Shown one piece after another: positions 52,879-64,000 of a stretch of 64,000 bases of DNA; the stretch's first letter is position 1; each line of letters opens with the position of its first letter. The translations under genes were made by a program, and so were the position numbers. The stretch covers positions 62,001-126,000 of the forward strand of contig RSEE01000056.1 of assembly GCA_003971905.1 (NCBI GenBank). The letters run 5' to 3'. Source of the stretch: Moniliella sp. 'wahieum' (taxonomy: Eukaryota). The notes beneath the pieces are model-generated. The model made no database searches, had not been told where the DNA came from, and saw only the letters and a list, made by a program, of their open reading frames with translations.

Positions 52879-53386
52879 TTACTTCTTCTTGTTGTCCGAC
52901 GCCTTGTTCTTGGCCGTACCAAAGAACTTCTTGGCGGTTCTTGCGCTCCTTGCGCAACTTGCGGCCGGCGCCCTCGACCTTCTCAGCCAAGCCCGAGCGG
53001 ACAAGGCGGAACTTGGGCTCGAACTTCTTTTGGGCCTCGGCCGAGTCGTAAATCAGAGCAAAGCCCGTGTGCGACCGCCACCAAAGTGGGTGCGCAGGCC
53101 AAAGGTAACCACCTGCTCGGCGGGGGCCTTGTAGAGCGCACCGAGCTTCTCCGAGAGCTCTGCACGGCTGACGTTGGGGCGCGGGGTGGATGACCTCGAG
53201 CACGCACTGCCGCCGCTGCAGAAGAGCGTTGCGCATAAACTTGCGCGTGCGCAGAGTCACGGGCGAGTTGGGGTCCTGGAAGACGCAGCGGTTAGCACAG
53301 TGCTTGCCATCGTGGCGCGCATGGGCGAGTGGGGACGAGACGCCACAGGCGTCTGGGGGGGCGCGCATGGGCACCACACGTACCAT
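52879..53386 (-). CDS. RPS24: 40S ribosomal protein S24 (eS24); intron 53276-53383 directly after the ATG; frameshifted
   Basis: [64 protein letters not shown], ends NKKK*. Confidence 0.96.
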
Positions 53387-54148
53387 GTTGGGCTTGGGGA
53401 GGAGTCGTTCGGCAAAAACCACCTGCCTGCTTTGCCGACGGGAGAGATTCCAGCAGCGCGGCCACGCGCAACGGTAGGGTTGTGCCGCAAAATGGCTGCC
53501 GCAGCTTTAATGTTAACAGTAGGGTTATCGCACGTGACTTGTTGTAGTCACAGTGACCAATGGTTGTTGAAAGTCAAACGTTAAAATTGAAAATGCGACA
53601 ATGTGCCGATGGCTGTGCGGTAATCATCACCGGCATCATGCATCACCGGAGATGCGTCCGTGCGAATCTTGCTCGGATCCTGTGTGGACGTGTAGATCCC
53701 TCTGTCCTTGGGCTTTGGCGTCTCCTACCTCGAGCGGCGTGTATCCTACGGGCGAGCACCAACAACCCAGCAGCCCCAAGCAGCGCCCCACATTCATCAT
53801 GTTTGTCCGCAAGGCAAGGATGGGTGGGACGAAGGCAAGGTGGGTTTGGAAGAAGGGGAGAACGCTAGCATGGCCAAGGCACTCGGGAGGGAATCTAATT
53901 CACTCTGTCCACTGGGCTGCGCAGCCGCGACACGCCATCCCAGAGGCACGCACGGGCCCACACTGCCGCCGTGCGCGCGCAGGAGAGCGCATGACAGTGG
54001 CAGGGTGCGTGCGATGGCACGTGGCCAGATGAACGTTCAAGCGCACTCCAGTTCAATGCGCTGGCGACGCGCCTTCTCTCCTTCGACCGCCGCCACCACC
54101 ACCACCACCTCCTCCTTCACCACCACCATCACCTCCTCCTTCACCACC

Positions 54149-57100
54149 ATGGACCGCCGCTACGCCCCCCCAGCCCCGCCCGCCCCGTCGACCGCCGCCA
54201 GACCGCCTCCCCCCAGTACCCCCACCTGCCCCCCCGCCCCCTCCCCCTGGGCCTCCCAGCCGCCCCCCGTGCCCCTCCACCCACACGCCCACCCGCACCC
54301 GCACGCCCACGCCCATCCCACCCCACGCCCACGCCCACTCCCTCTCCCACCCGCTCCCGCTCCCGCTCCCCCACCCGCACCAGCACCCGCACGCCCATGC
54401 CCATGCCCCCCACCCACCGCACCCGCACCCCCATCCGCACCCCACCCACCCGCACCCGCTCCCGCGCTCCCACGCCCACTCCCCCGGCGCCCCGCCGGCC
54501 TCCTCGTCGCCCAACGACGTCTACCACCGCCCGCGCCTCGCCCGCCCCGGCTCGCCCCTCGCCCCGCCGCCTTCCGCCAGCCCGCCCATGCTCCAGCCCG
54601 TGCCCCTCCACGCCCGCCCCGGCCGCTCCACGCCATGCCTCCGCCCCCGCCGCCTGGCTATGGACCGTCGCCCTATGCGCCTGCCCCCTCGCCCCCGCTC
54701 GGCATGCGTCCCCCCTCGGGCCCCTCGCCTGTTGTCGGCACCATCGTCCCCCCGCCCCACCCGGCCGCGCGTGCTCGTCTCTCCTCCGCTGCCTCGGCTG
54801 CCGGCATGGTGCCCCCGCCCGGCATCAGCCCGCCCCCGACCGCCGATGAGACCCGTGCCGCTTCGGTGCCCATCCTCGGCACCTCTCCACCCTCAATGCG
54901 TCCTGCGCCACCGGTGCCCATGCGATCCGAGTACCCACCTGCCTCGGTGCGGCAGCCTCCTCCTGCACACTCGCAGTCGCATTCGCATTCGCATTCGCGC
55001 TCGCCGTCTTCTGGCACTCCTCTCGGTTCGCCTCCGCGTGGGCCACCCGTCCAGCAAGGGCGGCACTACTCGGGATCGCGGCCCTCCCATCCTCCTGCTC
55101 CTACCAAGCAAACGATGCACTCCTACCCGGCCCCTGCTGCACCGCAGGCCATGATGCCGCGGGATTCGGCACCTGTCCCTTCGCGTACGGTCGGAAGCCC
55201 GCCTCTGTCGCCCTCGACGCCATTGACATCGAGCCAAACATCCGCGCCCGGGGCCTCTTTCTACAGCAGCTACAACCCGGGCCGATGCAATGCGCATGAG
55301 CTCCATCCTGAGTGGATCCGCCCGTCCAATCTCACCTCCAACAGCAAGGCGCTTTCCGCCACTGCGCCGGCCCCGGCCTCCAGTCACCCCCTACTGCATT
55401 CCCGTCCACTGCAGGCGTAGCTGGTCCCCAGGCTACCCAAGCAGTCTCTCCGGGAACCGACCCGACCGTTGAAGATCTCAAGCGGCGGCGGCGGGACTCT
55501 CTCCCTCCGTCTCCTTCGGCTGGACCGGTTCCGGAAGGACGACCGCGTGCGCCCACGGCGCCGCTTCCGCCCACCGAGTTCGCACCTGCGCCTGGGGCTG
55601 GGATGCCTTCGGCTCTTCATGGTCCGCATGGCCCGTCGGGTGCTGAACATGCACCGCCTGTCCCCGTGCCTGCCCACGTGTCGGCTACGGGTTCTGGTGC
55701 TGGTGTGGCTGTGAGCGCAGGAGGCGAGCGGGCACGAAGCGCGCGCGTCTCACGCCCTCTCCCTCACGTCCTGTATCGCCAACCAACGAAGATGTCTCCA
55801 TGACGGAGGCCGCTGCGCCTCTCAACGGGAGGGGGTACCTGAAGAATTTTACGACGATGCGATTCAGCCCCGGGACTTATCGCTTGGTCCTGCGCGGGTG
55901 GACTCGGAACACGTGTGGCTGTACCTGGATCGGTGCGACAAGGTGGAACTGGAACGGCGGCGGTTGGAAGCCAAGGCAGCCAGGCGGCTGAAACGGCTCT
56001 GGGCTGGCGAGCCACCAAGTGGAGCGTCTACGCCCGACGTGGTAGATGATGAGGAAGTGTGGTCGGGCATGTTCCAAGTTGGTCTTCGTCGTGGCCGGCC
56101 GGCACCGCATTTAGGTTGGTGGCGGTACGATCCGCAAGTGCAGCCGTTGTTGCCGGGAGACCTGTTGCGTGCGCATGTTGGTGCGACGCTGGAAGTGCGC
56201 ATCTCGGGCGACTTGCTCGGCCCCGGTCCTTCGCTAGGTGACACGCCCGATACGGAAGAACCAACACAAGGCTGGCGTCTAGGCTGGAGAGGACGAGAGC
56301 ATGCTCGTACGCTTCGTGAGCTGAAACGGAGTGTAGGGACAGAAGCTCCTACGCCGCCTGAGTCGACTCCGTCGGCGCCAGCGCCTTGGTCAAGAGCGAG
56401 GCGGGATCTGCACTGTGCACGCTCGCGCCGCTGGTGCAGCGACAAGTGTGGGGAACCGATGTGTACACGGACGATTCGGATGTGTTGGGGATGTGCATCC
56501 ATGCAGGCTGGGTGGAAGTGCCAGGTACAGACGACGAAAAGGTACCTGCGTGGGTTCCGCCTGGCGAGGCGCAACGGGAGTGGGTGCGTCTCGGATCCCT
56601 GGTTGGCGAAGGGACAGGGACGGAACAAGAAGGTCAAACGGGGGAAAGTACGGTGCAGCCTAAAGAACCAGAACCAAACCAAGACAAAGACAAAGATCTC
56701 GGTTCACGCGTACCTACGCCTACGCCTGTCGCTGTTACTCTACTGCTTCTCCCGTGCGTCGGACGTGCGACGTGAGCGTGATGCTTCGCATCGCGCCCCG
56801 GCTGATCGTGTACCGTGGTTGTCCTCGGTCTGGTATCCGGTCTCGCTCGTGGGGCAACACGCACGATGGTGTGTCACTTGTGATTGAGGGAGTGGAATTG
56901 AAAGAGGTACGTTACTTTTCTCAGTTGGAGGAGTGTTTTTGTTTTTGTTTTTGTTTCGGCCCTTCCGTGCTCCTCTGTGCCGATGGGCCATCTGGGCCTT
57001 GCTTGGCCTTGAATGTTGAAGCTGAAGCTGACCATTGGACCTTCCGATTGCGTTTGCATTTGCGTTTGCGTTTGTGTTTGCGTTTGTTGCGTTTGTTTGC

Positions 57101-57357
57101 GTTTGCTAGCCTGGTCATGCCTATGGTCCTGGACGCGCTGGGCGGAAACGTCGACTAGCTGCACGTGCTGCTCAATTGGGCTCAGTGCCAACCCCAACCC
57201 CAGCCTCTGCCCCGCTGGTCCCAAGCACTACGAAACCGGGCCAGGCCTTACGTCCCAACTGATCCACTCGCTCGTGCCGGCGCACCCATTCGTCTTGCCG
57301 ATGTCGCTGCACCGTGATGTGATGCACGTCAGCAAGTCCCAGACGGCTGAAGGCTGA
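54149..57357 (+). CDS. RXT3: Pro-rich protein with C-terminal Rxt3 domain (Rpd3L histone deacetylase subunit); frameshifted; last exon uncertain
   Basis: HVGATLEVRISG, RQVWGTDVYTDDSDVLGMCIHAGWV, DVSVMLRIAPRLIVYRG..RSGIRSRSWGNTHDGVS. Confidence 0.82.
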
Positions 57358-58755
57358 AGCTTCAGCTGAAGCCCAACCACAACGGAGCTAGATGGGCGAT
57401 GGGCTAGTTTGGGCCAGGGGGAAGAAACGAAAGCTCTGCCACTGCCTCTGCCTCTGCCTCTACCTCTACCTGTTTCTGCCTCTGGTTTGTATCGTTGGTA
57501 AGAAAATAAGAACGGGCGTAACAACGTGTAGAGATTGGATGTGTGTCCCCGCATGCTCTTCGTAGGGATGGGGTCGATGAGGTCGATGAGGAAGGGGGAA
57601 GGCCATAGAGAGAATGGCGGTGGAAGGGGTGGCTTTTTGGCACAGCTGGGACGCACAGGGACACTAGCTCCCGGCCAATTCAATATTCATGCATTCATGC
57701 CAGCGCATTTGATCTTGAGAGATCTTAGAACTGAGAAAAGGGAAAGAGGGGCTACAGGGGTTGGTACGTTGAACGTTGAGGCGGTGAGGGCGCGGGGCGA
57801 GTACTGAGTTGTATGTATTTTTTCTGTCCAGCGTCACCAGTCGCTTATAGTCACTGTGGAGCATCCATCGCCCACCCGTTCGATTTGCTGGGCTTGGAAG
57901 CCTAGAGTCCCTGGCTGAGCACTCGAGTTGGGCGATCCGTCCGAGGGGCTCAGCCTGGCCACCTGCGCAGGGGTGGGCCAGTGGGCCAACTCGCTGGAAT
58001 CGCGGCCGGGAGAGAGACCCAACTGTGGCGGGCGGCATACACGATGCACGTGGATGAGCTTTTTTGGCCGTCGTTCGTTCGCCGTTGAAGGGGGGAGGGG
58101 GCGCTGTGTGGGTGTGTGGGTGTGGGTGGCAGGAGAGGCAACTTTCTTCGACCGGCCTAGACTCAGGCCTTGGGCCTTACCTCGCCTGACCGGGGCCGGG
58201 GAACCTTACGCTTGAAGAGGTTGATCTGTGCATGTGAGGCAGCGGCCAGTGGGTTTCGGCTCGCCTCGTCCGGCGGCCACACTGCCTGCCCAGTCCCTAG
58301 TCAGCCGACGCCCAGGGGCGGCGCACACTTGCCTCCTGCAAGCACTCGTCCTTGCGGTGGGGAGGCCGCGCAAGCGCAGGCAAGGAGCCAGCCGCCGCCG
58401 CTGCCGCCGAGTCTATCTTCGCCACAAACCTACGCCCCGTCGAGTCGGCACGAGCCACCACAGAGGCAGAACGGTTTAATTGGAGGATGTGGCGCTGGGC
58501 CGACTGCGCCATGTTGCCTGATCGATGACCGCCCTACGCCTCTCCACTCTCTTCGTAGCGCCCCTATCTCCTGGGTTCCTGGGCCTGCCTCTATCTGTCG
58601 GCCTCCCTCGCCTCAAATTCTTCTGTGGTTCTCATCTCTATTTCTTCTCTGTGCCCGGTTATCCTCTCCCTCCACCCTTACCTCCACCTCTTCATCCCTC
58701 CCTTCCCCCGTTCTTCACCAAGCTCTTTCCGTGGGGTTATATGTCCTCGCACACA

Positions 58756-61124
58756 ATGTTGCTCGCCCGGATCGCGCACCCGTTCCACCACAAGTCGTCC
58801 CAATCGACGTCCCCTGCGTCCAGCCCGCCGCTGCATCCCACCACCGCACCTACCCGCGGACTAGGCCAAGCGGCCCTGTCGAAGCTGCCCCCGGCGCACG
58901 TGTCCAAGCCCGATAGCGGTTCCAGTGTTCCCACGTCCGAAACCGACGAAACACTCGCCCCCGCAAATCGATATCATTGTGCCGACAAAGAGCCTCGACG
59001 ACGCGGTTGATGGCACAACCAACAAGGGCTTACCGTATGGGCCGTCGCGCCGTGCTCGCCAAGCACACTCAGTGACAGGTGCAGCTCCGATGGAGCGGAC
59101 GGTGCACCGAGCAACCCGCCTGGCTCGCCGCCGCTTCCTGTGCTGTACGTGCACAAGCGTGGTGGGGAAGTGTTGGAGGACCCAGTGAGCAACTATGGTG
59201 CGGCACACAGTATGGCGGAGCGGGAGCTATTGGGTCTGTCTCCCTTTTGCCTCACAGCGTTCACACGCTTTCGACCCAAGTCGATCGTGCCTACAAGCAA
59301 TTCCAAACCCGGTGTCGTCTGGCGCAGATGACGGGCAACGATGCCGATGGTGATTTGTTGCAGTACACGTTCCTTCGTTCTCTCAAGGACCAAAACGCCA
59401 TCTTGTTTTACGCGCTGCTTCAGCGTCATCTCAAGGAAACGTTGCGCGTCATTTACACTCCCGTTGTTGGCGCTGCCATCGTGCACTATTCACATATTTT
59501 CCGTCGTCCAGACGGTACGTTCCTCACCTACCCGGCGTACAAGGGCGCCATCGATGCTAAAGGCGGTGACCGTCAAGCCGGGCGCAAGTACCTTCGAGAC
59601 GCCCTTACTCACTTCAACCATCTCGGCGAGGATGACATTGATGTGTTGATCTGTACCGACAGCGAAGGCATTCTCGGCATCGGAGACCAAGGTGCGTCTT
59701 GATATTACCTTTTATACTTAGTTTTTGCTGGGATGTGTGACTGACGGTTGGGCCGCTTTGTATTGTCTCCCTCGATATGTTCCTACTATGGTGTGATAGG
59801 CGCTGGTGGGATCAACATTTCTATTGGCAAAAACACGATTTACGCTTGGGGGTGGGATTGACCCGCTGCGTACGCTGAGCATTGGGATTGACGTGGGAAC
59901 GAACAATTCAGCCATGCTAGCCGACCCAATGTACCTTGGCTGGCGCAATCCACGTTTGCGCGGGGCAGAATACGAATCGTTCATGGACGACTACGTGAGT
60001 GTGGCAAGTGAATGTTTCCCGCACGCGTTACTGCACTTTGAGGACTTTGGCACGCAGAATGCCCATCGTCTGCTGCTCAAGTACCGCCAAGAAGGGTGGC
60101 TTACGTTTTGGGACGACGAGCAAGGCACCGCCGCCGTGACGCTCTCGGCTGTTCTTTCGGCGACCAAGGTAACCAAGTCGTCACTCAAAGACCAGCGGTA
60201 CGTCATCTTTGGTGCTGGCACAGCCGGTATGGGCATTGCTGCTCAAATCCGCGATGCGATTCAGATCCGTGACAACTTGTCGCAAGAAGAAGCGGTACGT
60301 GGTTGACTCCTTTTCATTTTCTCACTTCTCTTCTTCTCCCCGTCTGGTCCGTCTGTTGATATGTAGGTTCTGACTTTTGACTATTTTCGCCACAGACGAA
60401 AAAACTCTGGCTCATTGACCGGTACGGGCTCCTGGTCCAAGGTCAAGTGGAGATGCGGGATGTGCAACTCCCGTTTGCGCGGAGCAAGGAGGACGTGGCA
60501 GAGTGGCCCAACGCGCCCAGCATCCCGGGGGAAGGTTTCAAGCTGCTAGCCGTCGTGGAGCAAGTTCATCCAACAGTGCTAATTGGTGTGTCCGGCCAAG
60601 GCGGGGCGTTTACAGAGGAAGTGGTGAGGTCCATGCGGCACATTGTGAGCGCCCTGCGATCTTCCCTCTCTCTAACCCTTCGGAGCTTGCCGAGGCACGG
60701 CCAGACGATATAACCAATGGTCGAGGGTCATGCGCTCATTGCCACTGGGTCACCCTTCCCCCTGTACCGATCCCCAACTCGACGAGGATGTATACCGTGG
60801 CCGAGTCGAACAATGCTTGGCTTCCCAGGCTTGGCAGCCGGGGTGATTTTGGCGCGGGCACCGCGCTTGACGGACGAGATGATCGTGGCTGGGGTGGATG
60901 CGATTGCGTCGCTCAGTCCGGCACTCAAGGACCCGATGCATCTTTGCTGCCTGACCTAGTGGACATGCGCAATGTAAGTATGAAGGTGGCTGCAGCCGTT
61001 GCTCTGGCCGCACAAAGCAAGGCTTGGCCCAGGCGGAAGACCTGCTACCACATTGGAGGGGTTGGAGCAGTTGGTTCGTCATCGGGCGTGGCAACCGCTG
61101 TACAGGGAGTTGCGGGCGGCTTGA
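58756..61124 (+). CDS. MAE1: Malic enzyme (NAD(P)-dependent); introns ~59692-59800 and ~60295-60395; frameshifted
   Basis: LRSLKDQNAILFY, IYTPVVG, TDSEGILGIGDQG, ISIGK, IDVGTNN, DPMYLG, HFEDFG, DDEQGTAAV, GAGTAGMG, PTVLIGVS, IFPLSNP, AESNNA..FPG, ends WQPLYRELRAA*. Confidence 0.95.
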
Positions 61125-62599
61125 AAACTACACAGCGTTCACGCGCAGGAGACTGTCTGATTGTGCATTGCCGACGGTCCCGCTTTTGCCTTCGCCCACC
61201 AAACGATAACACCCCCTCTTCATCATTATTACGTTTTTCTTGCTCAGCTACGCCTTTGTCACTCCCCCCTACTCTCACCCCGCTCTACCCGATCCCAACC
61301 TCTGTCATTGGCCTTTGACGGCCTGGCCCACATTCACTTGCTCTATCTTTTTTTGGCTGTGGCATTCCGGCGTTTGAGCTCTGGCAACTTGTGCCGGAAG
61401 ATGAAAATGTCGTGATTGCTCTCTCAGTGTCTTTATCTACTTTCCACGCGGGCGCCCGTATGTGGGCTCTATACACCTTTCCATTCACTCACCACCGCTC
61501 CTCTGATGTTAGCACCCTGCCCCCGGCCCGCCTTCTGATTCCCTTCTTTTGCACATCCCTCCTGTCTCTCGCTTTGATCCTCCCGTGCGCTTCGTCCGGC
61601 CTGCTACACATTCAAGGTTCCATTGTCAGATGACTAGTGACTAGTGACTACGATCGCTCCGGATTGTCTTTACGTTCACCTTTAGATGCATTCCGTTGAA
61701 GCTGATTGAGTCTACGGACAATCCAGTGTCTACAAGCTACTGTCTGGTGCAGTGGGTTGTGTGGCATACACCCTCGACAATAGCGCTTGTTGGTACACTG
61801 TAGTACAGGCCTATAGTAGCAGACCGGCGAGAGAAAAGATTCAAGCTCTATTGAGGGAGTGACTAGTGAGAGGAGGAGATGGAGGTATAGTTCATTAAGA
61901 GGAGTCCTGAGCGGACTGTGGTAGATGTAGGAGGGGAGAGACGGAGACGATAATCGATAATCGATACTCGATAAAACAGAAGAGTGGGTACGTGGGCAAG
62001 ACATGTGGCCATGTTGGTCTGGGTCTACGTGATGACGCTGACAACCTCTCCTTTTTGTCGGCACCCGTGTCAGATGTATATTACATGGCCATAAAATGAT
62101 GATCGATGAAGATGACGGAAATGGAATACGAAGGTAGTAATCGAGGCAGGACTCGTCGGAGGACAGAGAAGGGCCCAGTCCTAGGCAGCCTCGTATTCGT
62201 CCTGAGGCCTGACGACGGAAGAGGGTACATATAAAAGAGGAGGTATATCACCGCCCAGCAGAGCTCCACACTGGAGGGGACTTAGTACTAGTACTTGAGG
62301 CTCATGCCAGGGGGAAAAACGATATATATGTTGGGCAGAGTTATCCTCTCCTGTCCAAAGGTTGTTGGGAAGTTGTTGGGAGGCTGTTGGGAGGGACGAG
62401 TCGGACAAAAGAGAGCAGCAAAGAAAGGAACAAAACAAATGAGCGAAAGGGTAAAGTCTACACCGAAAACAGCAAAACAGGCACGCAAGGCGCGAGGGAA
62501 GGAAGACGTGATGGTGGGAGACCGGAAGGAAACGGGATGGGAGACGGGGGACGGAAACCTGACCGACCCAAGCCATCAACCACTAATCAGAAGACCGCA

Positions 62600-64000
62600 C
62601 TAGGCTCCGACGCGCACCGGCGGGGGGAGCAAGAGGAGGGAACGACTTGACTTGGGATCGTCCGTCCTGACGGGGGCCTCGTCATTCATCCTGTTTGGCT
62701 TGGGCCCTGCGATCCAGGCAGAGATGGCGGGGAGGGTGAACGGCTACCCGTCCCATGGTCTTTGGGGGCGGGGCAGGGGCCGTAGCCTAAGCTAGGCGCA
62801 GGTTGGCTGGTGCACTGGACGCACTGGGATATCGTGTGTGTCCAGGTGGAAGGAGTGGGACCTGTACCGCGCGTCGCGCGGGGTACGTTTTTTTGCCCAA
62901 GGGTTTGGAGCGGGGGTAAATGTGATGGATCCAGGGTGGAGTAAGGCCTGGGAAGGGGTGAGACGTGTATGTGGTCCCAGTCGAGGCAACGGGTAAGAAA
63001 GTCAAGGAAGAGTAGGTCGAAGCAGCGAGGGTTTGGCTCGGTCTTGCTTCCTGGTATACGGTGTTTGCTTTGAGTTGGTTAGGTGGAGTGGGGAACCGGT
63101 TTCTGAGAAGAAGAGTTGTGGCGCGAAGCTGGAGCCAGCACCGAGGAGGAAGTATACCGAAAAGTTCCATAATGCAAGCTAGTTGTTCCTCTTCGTTCTC
63201 CCCCGGGAACAGCGGGTATCCCATGTACATCTCGGCCAAGATGCAGCCCAGACTCCACATGTCGATCTCTGATAGGATAGGATAGGTATGGCATTAGGTG
63301 CCGACAGATGCGTCATGTCAATTGTCAATACGGGTCGTGCTAATGCATAAGGGACAGCAACTACCAGACCATAATCGATACCGAGGATGACTTCCGGCGC
63401 CGGTAAAAGCGACTTTGGATGTAAGTATAGATACTTTGGTTGGCAAAGCACGCCGAGCCAAAATCAATGAGTTTGATACGACATTGTCGTGGGGTGAACA
63501 AGGAGGATGTTCTCGGGCTTGAGGTCGCAGTGGACGAGGCGATGTTGTTGAAGCAGGTTGAGCGCCGTCAAAGCCTGGAGGGCAAAGCACCTGATGAGCC
63601 GGAGCGAACAGCCGTTAAAGGAGGTACACTTGAGTAGACTCGTATAAGTTGATGCTCAGTAATTCCATCACGATGCACAGGTGATTACGGAATGAGAATG
63701 CGTCGCGAACATGAATGAGTGCCTTGTTATCCTCCTCATCCCAACTAGCCAACTGAGAAAGTACCTCGCTCTCCAACAACGCTTGTTGGTGGAACCGTTT
63801 CTTGTTGCGAATCAGTTTGACTGCGACCCAGTCCCCCGTCTTGTGATCTTTGCATTTGAGTACTTGGCCAAACGACCCGCGCCCCAGAGACTGTACCACC
63901 TCGTACCGGTATCCCAAATGATCTTGCACCACCACCTGGTAATCACCCTTATCATCGTCGTACCCAAAGTTGTTTTGGGGGAAGGCCAGCGAGGCAAGAT
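62600..64000 (-). CDS. DYRK-family kinase (DYRK2/Pom1-like), 5' part outside window; 3' end uncertain
   Basis: DH box (GYDDDKGDY), [58 protein letters not shown], activation loop read across frames as [39 protein letters not shown]. Confidence 0.92.

Noticed and set aside
38594..53386. PYC, PDC and RPS24 as pseudogenes or programmed frameshift genes
   Set aside because: Indels are spread over all genes without substitution decay; best explained by long-read error
19599..53386. SFP1 and RPS24 as a linked regulator-target pair
   Set aside because: More than 30 kb apart and RP genes are numerous, so proximity is expected by chance

Overview
Eukaryotic DNA, most likely a GC-rich basidiomycete fungus (short GTACGT...CTAAC/CTGAC...AG introns, intron-containing tRNAs, fungal gene families). 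Almost every gene, including essential ones such as RPS24 and SEC4, is broken by scattered 1-bp indels. This points to an unpolished long-read assembly, so gene ends are approximate. Genes in order: GMC oxidoreductase (+), tRNA-Ile(AAT), multi-RRM Nrd1/Mrn1-like protein (+), solo LTR, tRNA-Ala(CGC), SUR2-like hydroxylase (+), tRNA-Leu(AAG), Sec4/Ypt2 Rab (-), Sfp1-like zinc-finger factor (+), a gene-poor block with three more copies of the same LTR family, prefoldin-alpha/UXT-like gene (-), intronless IPNS-family 2OG-Fe(II) oxygenase (-), divergent Arl3/ARFRP1-like GTPase with a coding 18-bp minisatellite (-), pyruvate carboxylase (-), EMI1-like (+), possible SIN Cdc14-like (-), pyruvate decarboxylase (-), RPS24 (-), Rxt3-domain protein (+), malic enzyme (+) and a DYRK/Pom1-type kinase (-, cut by the window end). 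The best leads are three pyruvate-node enzymes within about 23 kb, a bacterial-looking 2OG oxygenase, an Arf-like GTPase apparently lacking its catalytic Gln, and pervasive 7-bp-period repeats in non-coding DNA. None is proven novel from sequence alone.
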